Translations under genes and position numbers: made by a program
Origin: Firmicutes bacterium UBA5509
Lineage (GTDB): Bacteria; Bacillota; Proteinivoracia; UBA4975
Assembly: GCA_002423965.1 (NCBI GenBank)
Contig: DIOR01000021.1
Span: 6,812 to 70,811, forward strand
Length of the DNA: 64,000 nt
Direction of reading: 5' to 3'
Notes under the pieces: model-generated
What the model was told of the DNA's origin: nothing
Database searches by the model: none
What the model saw: the letters and a program-made list of their open reading frames with translations, nothing else
Shown here: positions 1-8,968 of the stretch, piece by piece
Layout: each line of letters opens with the position of its first letter
Position numbering within the stretch: position 1 is the first letter of the stretch

Positions 1-937
1 TAATCGCTAAATAAAACAAAAAATTATGATAAAAATATTTGGTAGTAAAATGTTTCTCAAAAACATTTTCATTTGCCAGTCCATAATCATTTATCAGTGT
101 TGTCTGGATATTTATTTGGCTTAGCTCAGTAATGATAGGAAGTGATTCAAATATATCGAAATCCAGAGAGGGATCCATTACCATGTTAATACTTATATTA
201 TTCATTAGTTTCGGCGAGCTATTGCTTATAAGTTTGAGATTGTTCATAACCGTATCAAAAACGCTTGCGTTTCCAGTCGCGAATTTCCGATTTTTATCAT
301 TGGCTTCTTTAGGTCCGTCTAGGCTAATTAAGATTCTAAAATCATGTTCTAAAAAGAAATTTGCTACCCCATCGCTTAATAGCGATCCGTTGGTTGTTAT
401 GCTAAATAAAATATCTTTTCCGCTAAATAGCTCTTCTGCTTCTTTAACTACTTCCTTAATAAGGGGATACTCTAATAATGGCTCTCCTCCATAAAAAGTA
501 ATGGAGATAAACTCTGAATCGATTGAATGACTATGAAAAAATAATAATGCTTTTCTTGCCTGTTCAATAGTCATTTTTTTTGACGAGTGAAGTCTTTGTT
601 TCCCATCATTATCTGTATACGGGCAATAGCCACATCGGAAATTACAATTCTGGGTAAGTTGTAAGGTTAAGTTAGAGATAGAGCGATTTAAAAGATCTGA
701 GACAAGATCTGTTAAGGGGTGCTCTAACTTTATAATAACGTGATCTGACAAGAGTCCATCTTGCCTTAGCTCATCAACCTCTCTTAAAGTTGAGCTTGAG
801 ACAAGGTTAGTTGTTTTTTTTTGCTCAATCAATGTCTTAAGGTAGGCATATGCATTTTTCGATATAGGAGCAATGGTATTTACGTGTGCATCATAAACGT
901 AGTAACCAGAGGGTGTGTTGATTAAGTGTATTAACAT
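1..937 (-). CDS. Radical SAM peptide maturase, CcpM-like (Cys-rich peptide maturase); 3' end runs off the window
   Basis: Absent from the ORF track; translated by hand from ATG 937 (RBS AGGAGG at 945-950): MLIHLINTPSGYYVYDAHVNTI...LTLQLTQNCNFRCGYCPY (CxxxCxxC)...ITFYGGEPLL...FSITTNGSLL...ISLDGP. The N-terminal YYVYD..N region resembles the RRE-like lead of RiPP maturases. AT-rich region. Confidence 0.85.
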   Translation of the reverse strand, partial: MLIHLINTPSGYYVYDAHVNTIAPISKNAYAYLKTLIEQKKTTNLVSSSTLREVDELRQDGLLSDHVIIKLEHPLTDLVSDLLNRSISNLTLQLTQNCNFRCGYCPYTDNDGKQRLHSSKKMTIEQARKALLFFHSHSIDSEFISITFYGGEPLLEYPLIKEVVKEAEELFSGKDILFSITTNGSLLSDGVANFFLEHDFRILISLDGPKEANDKNRKFATGNASVFDTVMNNLKLISNSSPKLMNNISINMVMDPSLDFDIFESLPIITELSQINIQTTLINDYGLANENVFEKHFTTKYFYHNFLFYLAI

Positions 938-1016
938 TCTTTTTCCTCCTTGTTGTATTTTAACCTCTGGTTCCCCAATAGAAAAGCATATTTGGTTTGC
1001 GACACATCATGCTCAT

Positions 1017-1137
1017 TTCATCGCTAAACAGCGTTCCGTTGGCCGTAATACTAAAGGTCAGCTTATTACCAAAAATAGGTCTGCGCAATATTCCACTACC
1101 TGTTGGATCAGGAATCCAGCAAAGGTTCCCCACTACA
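1017..1137 (-). pseudogene. Frameshifted fragment of a second radical SAM maturase gene
   Basis: Across two frameshifts the minus strand reads SGEPLLD / LIQQVVEYCADLF / GNKLTFSITANGTLFSDE, colinear with GGEPLLE.PLIKEVVKEAEELFSGKDILFSITTNGSLLSD in the adjacent enzyme. Confidence 0.75.
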
Positions 1138-1551
1138 CAATCTCCCTTACCGAACATAAGCCCACTTAAATACTGAAAAAATATTTTGTTAGTAAAATAG
1201 ATTTATTATTATCAAATCAAAATGGCAACATGTATAATTAACCTGTAATAATATTTTAGATAACATATTAATCATAGCATGCTAAATACTCAAAAGCTAG
1301 ATGTTGTTCTGTGTTTTAAATAAAAAAATAGTTTTATTATTTTTGCTCATCTGCCTTTGCCACAATATCACCAAAACTAAATCGCGCTGATCCCCAGGAG
1401 AGAGATAAACAGTAGTAAACCGTTGAAAAATAGCACCCGTAGCTCCTCCGCAAGTCCTGCTAGAGCAGGATAGGCTAAATCCACAGAAGTCCCCGGCTTC
1501 ACGGAAGGAACCGCGGCCTCCCGTGCTTAATGTGAACCCAAAAAAATAACC

Positions 1552-1581
1552 CTAAAAACCAGGGTGTCTCTGGATTTTTAG
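1552..1581 (-). terminator. Probable terminator hairpin downstream of the pepF-hypothetical-mrr run
   Basis: Imperfect inverted repeat CTAAAAACCAG...CTGGATTTTTAG, followed on the minus strand by a T-run (A-run at 1540-1546). Confidence 0.5.
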
Positions 1582-1631
1582 AGGTGATATATTGACCGGC
1601 ATCAGAGGGTGACGGATACTTTCGAGGCACA

Positions 1632-2156
1632 TCAACTGCGGGTTTTGGTAGCGGCGGCGGCTTTCATACCTTCGGGGATTCCATCGGCTAGGCGTTCCAA
1701 CTCTGATTCTACCCTGTTGAAGCGCCACAGCCAAACCCCAATATCTATTGCCCAGCGACGAGCTCTTCTGGTAAAGCCCTCCTTGCTGACCAAGATGGCA
1801 AATTCACAGTTCATCCTACTCTTGGCTTCACTTACCGCCTGGACTGATCGCTCATCGATGGGCTTCCTCCACCATTTTATATGAAGGTAGGTTTTTGCTC
1901 CCAGCCGGGACAAGATGTACTCTGCTCCCATGCGGCCCTGAAACAGTACCTTTTCCACCTCATAACCTTGGCGAAAAAAGTAGTCCAAGACAGCGGAATT
2001 GCTTCCTGGAGAGAAAGTAACCTTCCGCCGACGTAGCAAAATAGCAATTAAGTACACAAAGAACAGTGCAGCCAGCACAGGCCAGTAAGGGGAGGCAAAA
2101 CGGATAAACTCAAGGAGAGTATCTCCTGCCAGTTTCAGTGCTTTTTCCATCAACAT
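1632..2156 (-). CDS. Membrane-anchored Mrr-like restriction endonuclease domain protein with a degenerate active site
   Basis: N-terminal TM helix then RRRK. Mrr_cat-like pattern FFRQGYEVE..GAEYIL..KTYLHIKWW..VQAV..AILVSKEGFTRRARRWA...VWLW. The canonical GAD and QxK motifs read GAE and HIK here. Confidence 0.7.
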   Translation of the reverse strand: MLMEKALKLAGDTLLEFIRFASPYWPVLAALFFVYLIAILLRRRKVTFSPGSNSAVLDYFFRQGYEVEKVLFQGRMGAEYILSRLGAKTYLHIKWWRKPIDERSVQAVSEAKSRMNCEFAILVSKEGFTRRARRWAIDIGVWLWRFNRVESELERLADGIPEGMKAAAATKTRS

Positions 2157-2173
2157 CCCCCTTTCCCCAAATA

Positions 2174-2590
2174 TTACTTGGGTTCAGCCCCGGCTTCCCG
2201 GCTGCCCAGCTCCTTTAAGATGCGGAGAAGGTATTCATAATGAGAGGCCAATTCGGTTTCTCTGTCCAGCTCTTCTTTAATCCTAATGGCCATCTGATTG
2301 AGGACAAAAGGATTTTCCTGGTGAAAAACCATAATCATCCTCAAGGCACGCGTGGTATTTTTGAAAGCCTTTTTGGCCTGAAGTCTTTGGATAAATGCCC
2401 AATACCCTTTTTCCTGGGATTGAAGGGTTTGAAAGCATTCCTGGATGCGGTTGATGTGAAGCTCCAGATATTCCATTGCCCCCTCGTATACTTGTAGGTC
2501 GAGACGGGGCTCCAGAAGCTTCTGGGCAGCCTCAATTCTTGGTAGCGGACCATAGCGGACTTCTGGATTCTTCAGCAGTTTCAAGACCAA
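2174..2590 (-). CDS. Hypothetical helical protein, 138 aa
   Basis: Good RBS (GGAGGAG); closely spaced between pepF and the mrr-like gene; no motif recognised. Confidence 0.6.
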   Translation of the reverse strand: MVLKLLKNPEVRYGPLPRIEAAQKLLEPRLDLQVYEGAMEYLELHINRIQECFQTLQSQEKGYWAFIQRLQAKKAFKNTTRALRMIMVFHQENPFVLNQMAIRIKEELDRETELASHYEYLLRILKELGSREAGAEPK

Positions 2591-2603
2591 TCTCCTCCCA
2601 GGC

Positions 2604-4412
2604 TTACAACAGTTGTTCTAACTCAGCCAGCAGTTTTGAGAATACTTCCAGGGTAGTGATCAGTGGCTGCGGCTGGGTCATATCCACACCAGCAGTCTTT
2701 AAGATGTTCAGGGGGTAATCTGAACCTCCGCTCTTGAGAAATTGCAGGTAACGGCTGGTTGCCTCCTGATCTCCGGCGACGACATTTTGCGCCAGGCTGG
2801 TGGCAGCGGCGAAACCGGTGACATACTTGTAGACGTAGAAATTGTAGTAAAAATGGGGAATCCTTGCCCATTCCAGTCCGATGAGGTCATCTACTTCCAT
2901 TTCCGGTCCGTAATACTTCTTGTTGAGCTCCAGCCACAGGGCGCTGAAATCCTCATTGGTCATGGACTGGCCGGCTTCGCTGCGGGCGTAAATTTTCTTT
3001 TCAAATTCCGCAAACAGGGTCTGGCGGTAGACAGTGCCTCTGATTGTCTCTAGGTATTCGTTGATGATATACAAGCGCTTTTGCTTGTCGGTAGTGACTT
3101 TCAGTAAGTAGTCGTTAAGGAGGGCTTCATTAAGTGTGGAAGCCACTTCCGCTAAAAAAATGGGATATTCAGCGGAAGAAGGGGGCAAGGTTGATCTGCT
3201 GTAATAGCTATGCATGGAATGACCCAGTTCATGGGCAAGGGTAGAAGCAGAATCCAGGGTGTCGTCATAGTTCAGGAGCATAAAGGGTTTAGTTGAATAA
3301 CTCCCCCACGAATAGGCACCGCTACGCTTGCCTTTATTCTCATAGACGTCAATCCATCCCTCAGTAAATGCTTTGCTTGCATTCTGAACATATTCTTCAC
3401 CCAAGGGGGCAAGAGCGGCAAGTACCATTTCCTTACCCTTCTCGAAGGGAACTTCCAGCTTGGCTTCGGCCACCAGGGGTGCATAGATATCATGCATGCT
3501 GATTTTATCCAGGCCGAGAACGCGCTTTTTTAGACTTACATATCTGTGCAAAGGCTCCAGGTGGGAATTGACTGTGTCGATAACATTGTCGTAGACGCTG
3601 ACGGGAATATTATCTTCAAAGAGAGCAGCCTCTCTGGCGCTGGCAAAGTCCCTGGCCTTGGCAAAAAACATGCCTCCCTTAATCTTACCGTTAAGGCTGG
3701 TGGCTAGGGTATTTTTTACCTTGCCATAAGTAGTATACATGGCCTCGTAAGCTTCCCTGCGCACCCGTCTGTCCTTAGATTGCATGTACTTAATAAAGCG
3801 GCCGTGGGAAAGCTCAACCTTTTCTTTGCTTTCATCGCTGATCTCCGGGAAGCGCATATCTGCGTTGTTGAGCATTGAAAAAATATTGTAGGGAGCTTCG
3901 TCCAGCTCTCCCACCATGGCCAGCAACCGCTCTTCCCGTGGGCTCAGAGTATGGGGTTTGCGGCGCATGACATTTTTCAGGTAATGCCGGTATTCATCTA
4001 GGCCCGGTTCCTCACTTAAGAAGCCGCTGACAACACCATCATCTAAGCTCAAAAGCTCCGGTTGGATGAAGGACATAGCCGTCTGCAACAGAACGTCAAG
4101 AGAACCAGCCCGGTCCCCCATGCCCTGATGCTTGGCATTGCCGGTATCTTCATCGCGGCGTAAATTTGCATAGATAATGACTTGGGTGCCCAGGACGGTG
4201 ATTTCATCTCTGAGTTTAAGACAATCTAGCAGAGTCTTGGCACTTTCCCCCAAACGCCCGAAGTATCCCTTAATCTTTTCAGCCAAATCTTTAACTTCGG
4301 CGAAGTCTTTTTCCCAGCCCTCATCATTTGCATAGACTGATTCTAAATCCCACTTGAATTCTTGTTGGAGTTCTTGTCTGGCGGGAACGCCGCCTTTTTT
4401 CATTTCTGTCAC
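2604..4412 (-). CDS. pepF: Oligoendopeptidase F (M3B)
   Basis: KWDLESVY N-terminus, GKRSGAYS, HELGHSMH (HExxH), FLAEVAS, WARIPHFY, FLKSGGSDYP. Confidence 0.95.
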   Translation of the reverse strand: MTEMKKGGVPARQELQQEFKWDLESVYANDEGWEKDFAEVKDLAEKIKGYFGRLGESAKTLLDCLKLRDEITVLGTQVIIYANLRRDEDTGNAKHQGMGDRAGSLDVLLQTAMSFIQPELLSLDDGVVSGFLSEEPGLDEYRHYLKNVMRRKPHTLSPREERLLAMVGELDEAPYNIFSMLNNADMRFPEISDESKEKVELSHGRFIKYMQSKDRRVRREAYEAMYTTYGKVKNTLATSLNGKIKGGMFFAKARDFASAREAALFEDNIPVSVYDNVIDTVNSHLEPLHRYVSLKKRVLGLDKISMHDIYAPLVAEAKLEVPFEKGKEMVLAALAPLGEEYVQNASKAFTEGWIDVYENKGKRSGAYSWGSYSTKPFMLLNYDDTLDSASTLAHELGHSMHSYYSRSTLPPSSAEYPIFLAEVASTLNEALLNDYLLKVTTDKQKRLYIINEYLETIRGTVYRQTLFAEFEKKIYARSEAGQSMTNEDFSALWLELNKKYYGPEMEVDDLIGLEWARIPHFYYNFYVYKYVTGFAAATSLAQNVVAGDQEATSRYLQFLKSGGSDYPLNILKTAGVDMTQPQPLITTLEVFSKLLAELEQLL

Positions 4413-4446
4413 TTTTGTCCCTCCTGAAATAAACTAATACTTTATA

Positions 4447-4472
4447 GTTCGCTTAAGTGGAAGAAAAAACCT
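4447..4472 (-). promoter_or_regulatory. SigH-like promoter upstream of pepF
   Basis: AGGT-N18-GAAC on the minus strand; one of 11 similar motifs in the window. Confidence 0.35.
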
Positions 4473-4486
4473 TCTTCCAAGCAGCA

Positions 4487-5716
4487 TTATCCAAGCAGCA
4501 CATGGTGATGAACTTTTTTCCCTTTGCGCAGGGAAATTTTGTTGTCCTGAAGATAGCTAGCGTCAATTAATAATTCGATATCCTCAACGCGCTGCTCATT
4601 GATTGTCAAGCCGCCCTGCTGAATCAGGCGCCGGCCTTCGCTCTTGCTGGCTACCAAGCCGCATTCCAACAGCAGGTCGACAATGTTGATGCCGGCCTCC
4701 AAACGCTGGCGGTTGATTTGGGTAGAGGGAATGGCCCCTGCCTCCTTGCCTCCGGCAAATAAAGCTCGGGCAGCCTGCTTGGCCTTTACTGCCTCTTCTT
4801 CACCGTGGACAAGTTTTGTCACCTCAAAGGCCAGGCGCTCCTTGGCAGCGTTAATTTCCTGGCCCTCTTTTGCAGTCAGGGCATCAATTTCCTCCACAGG
4901 CAAGAAGGTGTAGAGCTTCAAGAAGCGGTTGACATCCTGGTCATGGGTATTGCGCCAGTACTGGTAGAACTCGTAGGGAGTGGTAAGTGTCGGACCAAGC
5001 CATACAGCCCCGGCCTCAGTCTTGCCCATCTTCTTGCCATCAGCAGTCTCCAGAAGGGGAATGGTGAGACCATAAGCATCTTCATGTTCTATGCGTCGGA
5101 CGAGATCGACCCCGGAGATGATATTGGACCACTGATCATCTCCGCCAATTTGCACTCTACAGCCATACCTACGGAACAAGGTGAGGAAATCGTAGGACTG
5201 GAGTAGCATGTAGTTTAGCTCTAAGAAGGACAATCCCCGCTCCATCCTAATTTTGAAACAGTCAAAGGTGAGCATGCGGTTGACAGAAAAGTGCACCCCC
5301 ACTTCCCGCAGAAACTCGATGTAGTTCAGCTTAAGGAGCCAGTCGGCATTGTTAACCATAGTCACTTCCGGACCGGGAACCGCCGCCAGGATGCCTCGAA
5401 TCTGGGCACCGATGGATTGAGCATAGGCGGCGATGGTGTCGGCGTCCAGCATCTGTCGCATTTCTGACTTGCCGCTAGGGTCGCCGATCATGGTGGTGCC
5501 TCCCCCAATGAGGGCAATGGGGATATGACCCTGGCGACGCATATGTGCCATAACCATTATAGGCAGTAAATGCCCCACATGGAGGCTGTCAGCAGTGGCA
5601 TCAAAACCGATGTAAAATGGGGTGGGTTGCTGCAATTTTTTTCGCAGAGGTTCCTCATGGGTACACTGCTTGACCAGGCCCCTTTCTTCCAAAATCTTTA
5701 GTACATCATTGCTCAT
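4487..5716 (-). CDS. tyrS: Tyrosyl-tRNA synthetase
   Basis: GFDATADSLHVGH (HIGH-like), KMGKT (KMSKS-like), C-terminal S4 domain. Start moved to MSNDVLK (ATG 5716, RBS GGAGGA). Confidence 0.97.
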   Translation of the reverse strand: MSNDVLKILEERGLVKQCTHEEPLRKKLQQPTPFYIGFDATADSLHVGHLLPIMVMAHMRRQGHIPIALIGGGTTMIGDPSGKSEMRQMLDADTIAAYAQSIGAQIRGILAAVPGPEVTMVNNADWLLKLNYIEFLREVGVHFSVNRMLTFDCFKIRMERGLSFLELNYMLLQSYDFLTLFRRYGCRVQIGGDDQWSNIISGVDLVRRIEHEDAYGLTIPLLETADGKKMGKTEAGAVWLGPTLTTPYEFYQYWRNTHDQDVNRFLKLYTFLPVEEIDALTAKEGQEINAAKERLAFEVTKLVHGEEEAVKAKQAARALFAGGKEAGAIPSTQINRQRLEAGINIVDLLLECGLVASKSEGRRLIQQGGLTINEQRVEDIELLIDASYLQDNKISLRKGKKVHHHVLLG

Positions 5717-5739
5717 TGCTTCTTTCCTCCATTTCATTC

Positions 5740-5985
5740 TAAAAAAAATAACTCGCTCCCCAAAAAGGGACGAGTTAGATGCCCGCGGTACCACCCTGCT
5801 TGACCGTCCCCTGGGGACAGTCCGCTCTTTAGCCTTTAACGGGGCCAGCGCCGCAGCCTACTAGACACAAGCCTTTCAGTGCAGAACTCCAGGGTGTACG
5901 CATCCCCCTTTGTTGCCGATTCTCACCTGCCACCGGCTCTCTGAAAACAAAGACTGGGTCAGCTCTCCCCATCATCGCTGAATTT
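5740..5985 (-). promoter_or_regulatory. T-box riboswitch leader with Tyr specifier
   Basis: The minus strand has the T-box AGGGTGGTACCGCG, stem I AGAGAG and GGTGAGA motifs, specifier codon TAC (Tyr) at 5896-5898, and terminator AACTCGTCCC-TTTTT-GGGGAGCGAGTT plus U-tract just before the RBS. Confidence 0.92.
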
Positions 5986-6032
5986 GTTATAGTTTATCAT
6001 TCTGGCCTTAAAAAGACAAGGCATAACTGGGA

Positions 6033-6452
6033 TTAATCGTTGACACCATAGACCTTCCATTGTCGGCCTTCCCGGCGCAGGAGAAAATCGTCTTCCTGGA
6101 TTAGGCCTGGACCATAATTGACAGTCACATGAGCCTCATCACCATCTATTTTAGCTTCACTAATATTATAGTAATCAAAAAGCTGGCCCCCATCCCGCCA
6201 AAAAATCTGCCAAGGGGAAACATCGCTACCTAGAGGCTCAATTTGAACACTATCGAGAACAGAGCTGTGCACATATTTCTCCAAAGCCTGAGCATCTTTG
6301 TGGGCAAAACTATCCAACATTCCACCAACAGCATTTTCTGGCGCCGGCGGCGAAAAAATAGCCACTAAGACTACCACGGCCAGAACCAGCGTTACCGCTC
6401 CTGTAACTATATATGTCACCAGCTTGTTCTGGTTACTCTTAGGTTCAGTCAC
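6033..6452 (-). CDS. Membrane-anchored extracytoplasmic protein, NTF2-like/DUF4878-like
   Basis: One N-terminal TM helix; C-terminal KIDGDEAHVTV...LRREGRQWKV pattern. Confidence 0.55.
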   Translation of the reverse strand: MTEPKSNQNKLVTYIVTGAVTLVLAVVVLVAIFSPPAPENAVGGMLDSFAHKDAQALEKYVHSSVLDSVQIEPLGSDVSPWQIFWRDGGQLFDYYNISEAKIDGDEAHVTVNYGPGLIQEDDFLLRREGRQWKVYGVND

Positions 6453-6539
6453 AGCTATCCCCTCCCTTTGCCAACTAAAATAACATGTTTTTCATGTTTG
6501 GGCAACTGTTCTTTTCAAATGACAGATCTATCTTACCCT

Positions 6540-7277
6540 TTAGATTGTAATCTCTGAAGCTATTTGTTGCCATCCCTTTGCCACCATATCCCTGACCCTA
6601 GTAGCTAGAGTGCTACTCCCCATTTCCTGGTATTCTTCAGGTGAGATAGACGGCATTACCTGAAGGGATATCTTTGCTGGGGTTATTTTTTTGCCTTTAA
6701 ATATTTCTCGGGTGCCGTGAATCGCCACAGGAACAATTGGAACATCGGCCTTGACGGCCAATTTCATGCTGCCGCTTTTAAAATCACCAATGCTCCCTGT
6801 CAAACTGCGGGTTCCCTCAGGAAAAATAACCATAGAAAGACCCCGGCGAACTTGCTCCGCACCGCGACGAAAGACCTTGACAGCTTGACGAACATCCTCC
6901 CGATCCAAGTACAAGCAACCCACTTCCCCCATGAGGCTACTGATTACTGGCACTTTGGCCAGTTCTTTTTTGGCCATGAAGGCGACGGGTTTGGCGATAT
7001 ACCCCAATAGCAGCATAATGTCAAAAATACTCAGGTGGTTGGCCATAAAGACCACCGGCCCCGAGGGAATGTTTTCAGCTCCCCGAACTGTAACCTTGCT
7101 GCCGGTAGCTGCCAGGACTACCCTTCCCCACCAATGAGCATATCTATAGATCAGTCTCTGCCGCTGCTTGTTCAAGCGGATTAATTTCAAAAACCATAGG
7201 ACTGGCAGGCAAAATCCCCCTAGGAGAGTTGCCAAAATAGCAATTACTACCCAATATATTGTCCGCAACAATTTCAA
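6540..7277 (-). CDS. plsC: 1-acyl-sn-glycerol-3-phosphate acyltransferase
   Basis: NHLSIFD (NHxxxxD), FMAKKEL, IFPEGTRS, VPIVPVAI. Likely TTG start at 7277. Confidence 0.9.
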   Translation of the reverse strand: MKLLRTIYWVVIAILATLLGGFCLPVLWFLKLIRLNKQRQRLIYRYAHWWGRVVLAATGSKVTVRGAENIPSGPVVFMANHLSIFDIMLLLGYIAKPVAFMAKKELAKVPVISSLMGEVGCLYLDREDVRQAVKVFRRGAEQVRRGLSMVIFPEGTRSLTGSIGDFKSGSMKLAVKADVPIVPVAIHGTREIFKGKKITPAKISLQVMPSISPEEYQEMGSSTLATRVRDMVAKGWQQIASEITI

Positions 7278-7525
7278 ATTACACCACCACCCAATTCTTT
7301 CTCCGCCTATTATAGCATAGTCATGTTGCCCAGGAAAAGAAGAACCATGGCATGGCCTTGTCAGCAGCAAAGATAAGGGGGGCTTTTACTGTTCCCTTGG
7401 CAGAGCTGCCATCAGGGTTTTTTGTAATGCTAATAATTGGCCCTATCATTTTCATGAAATTTAGTGGCAAAAACAGCATTTTTAAGCTAAAATAATACAA
7501 GCACTTTCTATAAGGGGCAAAAAAT

Positions 7526-8836
7526 ATGAAACTTAATTTTAAAAAAATAATAATCCCTCTCCTTATCCTCATTTGCTTTTTCCCCAGCTTAGCAGCTGCG
7601 GAAGGACAGGAGCCAGATATTGAATCTCAGGCGGCTATTCTTCTCGAACCGGTTTCGGGAAAAATCCTCTACGCCAAAAACCACCTTCAAAGGATGTATC
7701 CCGCCAGCACCACAAAAATCCTTACCGCCCTTCTGGCCGTGGAATCTGGGGATTTAGACACCATAGTTTCTGTTGGCGCCGAACTAAAGCTAGTCTCTCC
7801 GGGCAGCAGTCTTGCCCACCTTAGCATCGGAGATACAATCTCTCTTGAGGATTTAATATATGGCCTCATGCTGCCATCAGGCAATGATGCGGCCTATGTA
7901 ATTGCCACTCATTTGGCTCGGTTAAAGTCTGGGAACCCTGGGCTTCCCCCTGCTGAAGCTATTAAGTTTTTTAGTAAAATGATGAATACCCGGGCCAGGG
8001 AGCTAGGGGCAATGGACTCTAATTTTTCTTGCCCTGACGGCTTTCATGCCGACAACCACTATACCACCGCTTATGACCTTGGACTAATCGCAGCTGAAGC
8101 CATGAAGCAACCCCTCATCCGCACTGTGGCAACCGCTACCTCCTACCACCCAACCTCTTGGGAAGGACCCAAGACTCAAGACTGGAAAAATTATAATTTG
8201 CTTATTCATAACGGCAGTGATTTTTATTATCCAGCCGCCACCGGTCTTAAAACCGGCTATACCGGTATGGCAGGGTTTTGCCTGGTTAGTTCCAGCAGCA
8301 GTGAAGACATGGATCTCATCGCCGTATGCTTAAATGGTACCGAGGACGGTCGCTGGGCGGACAATATAGCCTTGCTGGATTATGGCTATACCGAATTTAC
8401 TTGGCTACAGCTAGTACAGCCTAGGGAAGAAGTCTGCACCGTCAATATCTGCAACAGCAACTGGGACCAGCCAGACAGTCTTGTTCTTGTTGCCGATGCC
8501 GGTTTCTCCGACCTCTTTGCCCGGGAAGATATTGGAGCAATAAAAAAAGAGGTCATCATCGACGAAACCCTCTTGGATATTATAATCCCCAAGGACGTAC
8601 TACCTGTCTCCGGGATATCTGAGTATACTTTACAGGCATCCCTGGCCACAGGACAGGTAGTAGGAAAAGTAAAATACACTCTCCAAAGTAAGGAATTGTT
8701 TACTGCAGATTTAGTAGCCACCGCCCCAGTTGATCCCCTGCCCTGGTGGCGGACTTCAACGGCCCAAGTTTCCTTTGGCCTAGGATTGATTCTTTTTGCC
8801 CTCCTTCCCCTCTTCCTCAAAAAAACCCCGCAATGA
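7526..8836 (+). CDS. D-alanyl-D-alanine carboxypeptidase (peptidase S11) with a C-terminal membrane anchor
   Basis: Signal peptide; PASTTK (SxxK), SGNDAA (SxN), GLKTGYT (KTG); hydrophobic C-terminus. Confidence 0.92.
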   Translation: MKLNFKKIIIPLLILICFFPSLAAAEGQEPDIESQAAILLEPVSGKILYAKNHLQRMYPASTTKILTALLAVESGDLDTIVSVGAELKLVSPGSSLAHLSIGDTISLEDLIYGLMLPSGNDAAYVIATHLARLKSGNPGLPPAEAIKFFSKMMNTRARELGAMDSNFSCPDGFHADNHYTTAYDLGLIAAEAMKQPLIRTVATATSYHPTSWEGPKTQDWKNYNLLIHNGSDFYYPAATGLKTGYTGMAGFCLVSSSSSEDMDLIAVCLNGTEDGRWADNIALLDYGYTEFTWLQLVQPREEVCTVNICNSNWDQPDSLVLVADAGFSDLFAREDIGAIKKEVIIDETLLDIIIPKDVLPVSGISEYTLQASLATGQVVGKVKYTLQSKELFTADLVATAPVDPLPWWRTSTAQVSFGLGLILFALLPLFLKKTPQ

Positions 8837-8878
8837 ACCCCAGAGGGAGGAAGGCTAATTATTTTACCCCTTTCAGGA

Positions 8879-8904
8879 AGGAATTCCAGAAGCACACGGC
8901 GAAT
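8879..8904 (+). promoter_or_regulatory. SigH-like promoter
   Basis: AGGA-N18-GAAT upstream of the 8969 gene. Confidence 0.5.
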
Positions 8905-8968
8905 ACTTATCTAAGCCTAATAGCCCGGTGCTATCGCCCCGGGTTTATGCTACGTAAGGAGGAGTAAC

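Noticed and set aside
132-494. 120-aa plus-strand ORF in the track
   Set aside because: Antisense shadow of the radical SAM gene, which carries the RBS and catalytic motifs.
960-1157. 65-aa ORF as the RiPP precursor
   Set aside because: Only three scattered Cys, a weak RBS, and the sequence is explained as a frameshifted radical SAM fragment.
1490-1530. CGGAAGGAA resembling the SRP RNA core, or a 6S RNA-like hairpin
   Set aside because: The flanking TCAGG and GCAGC of SRP helix 8 are missing, and I saw no long 6S-type rod structure.
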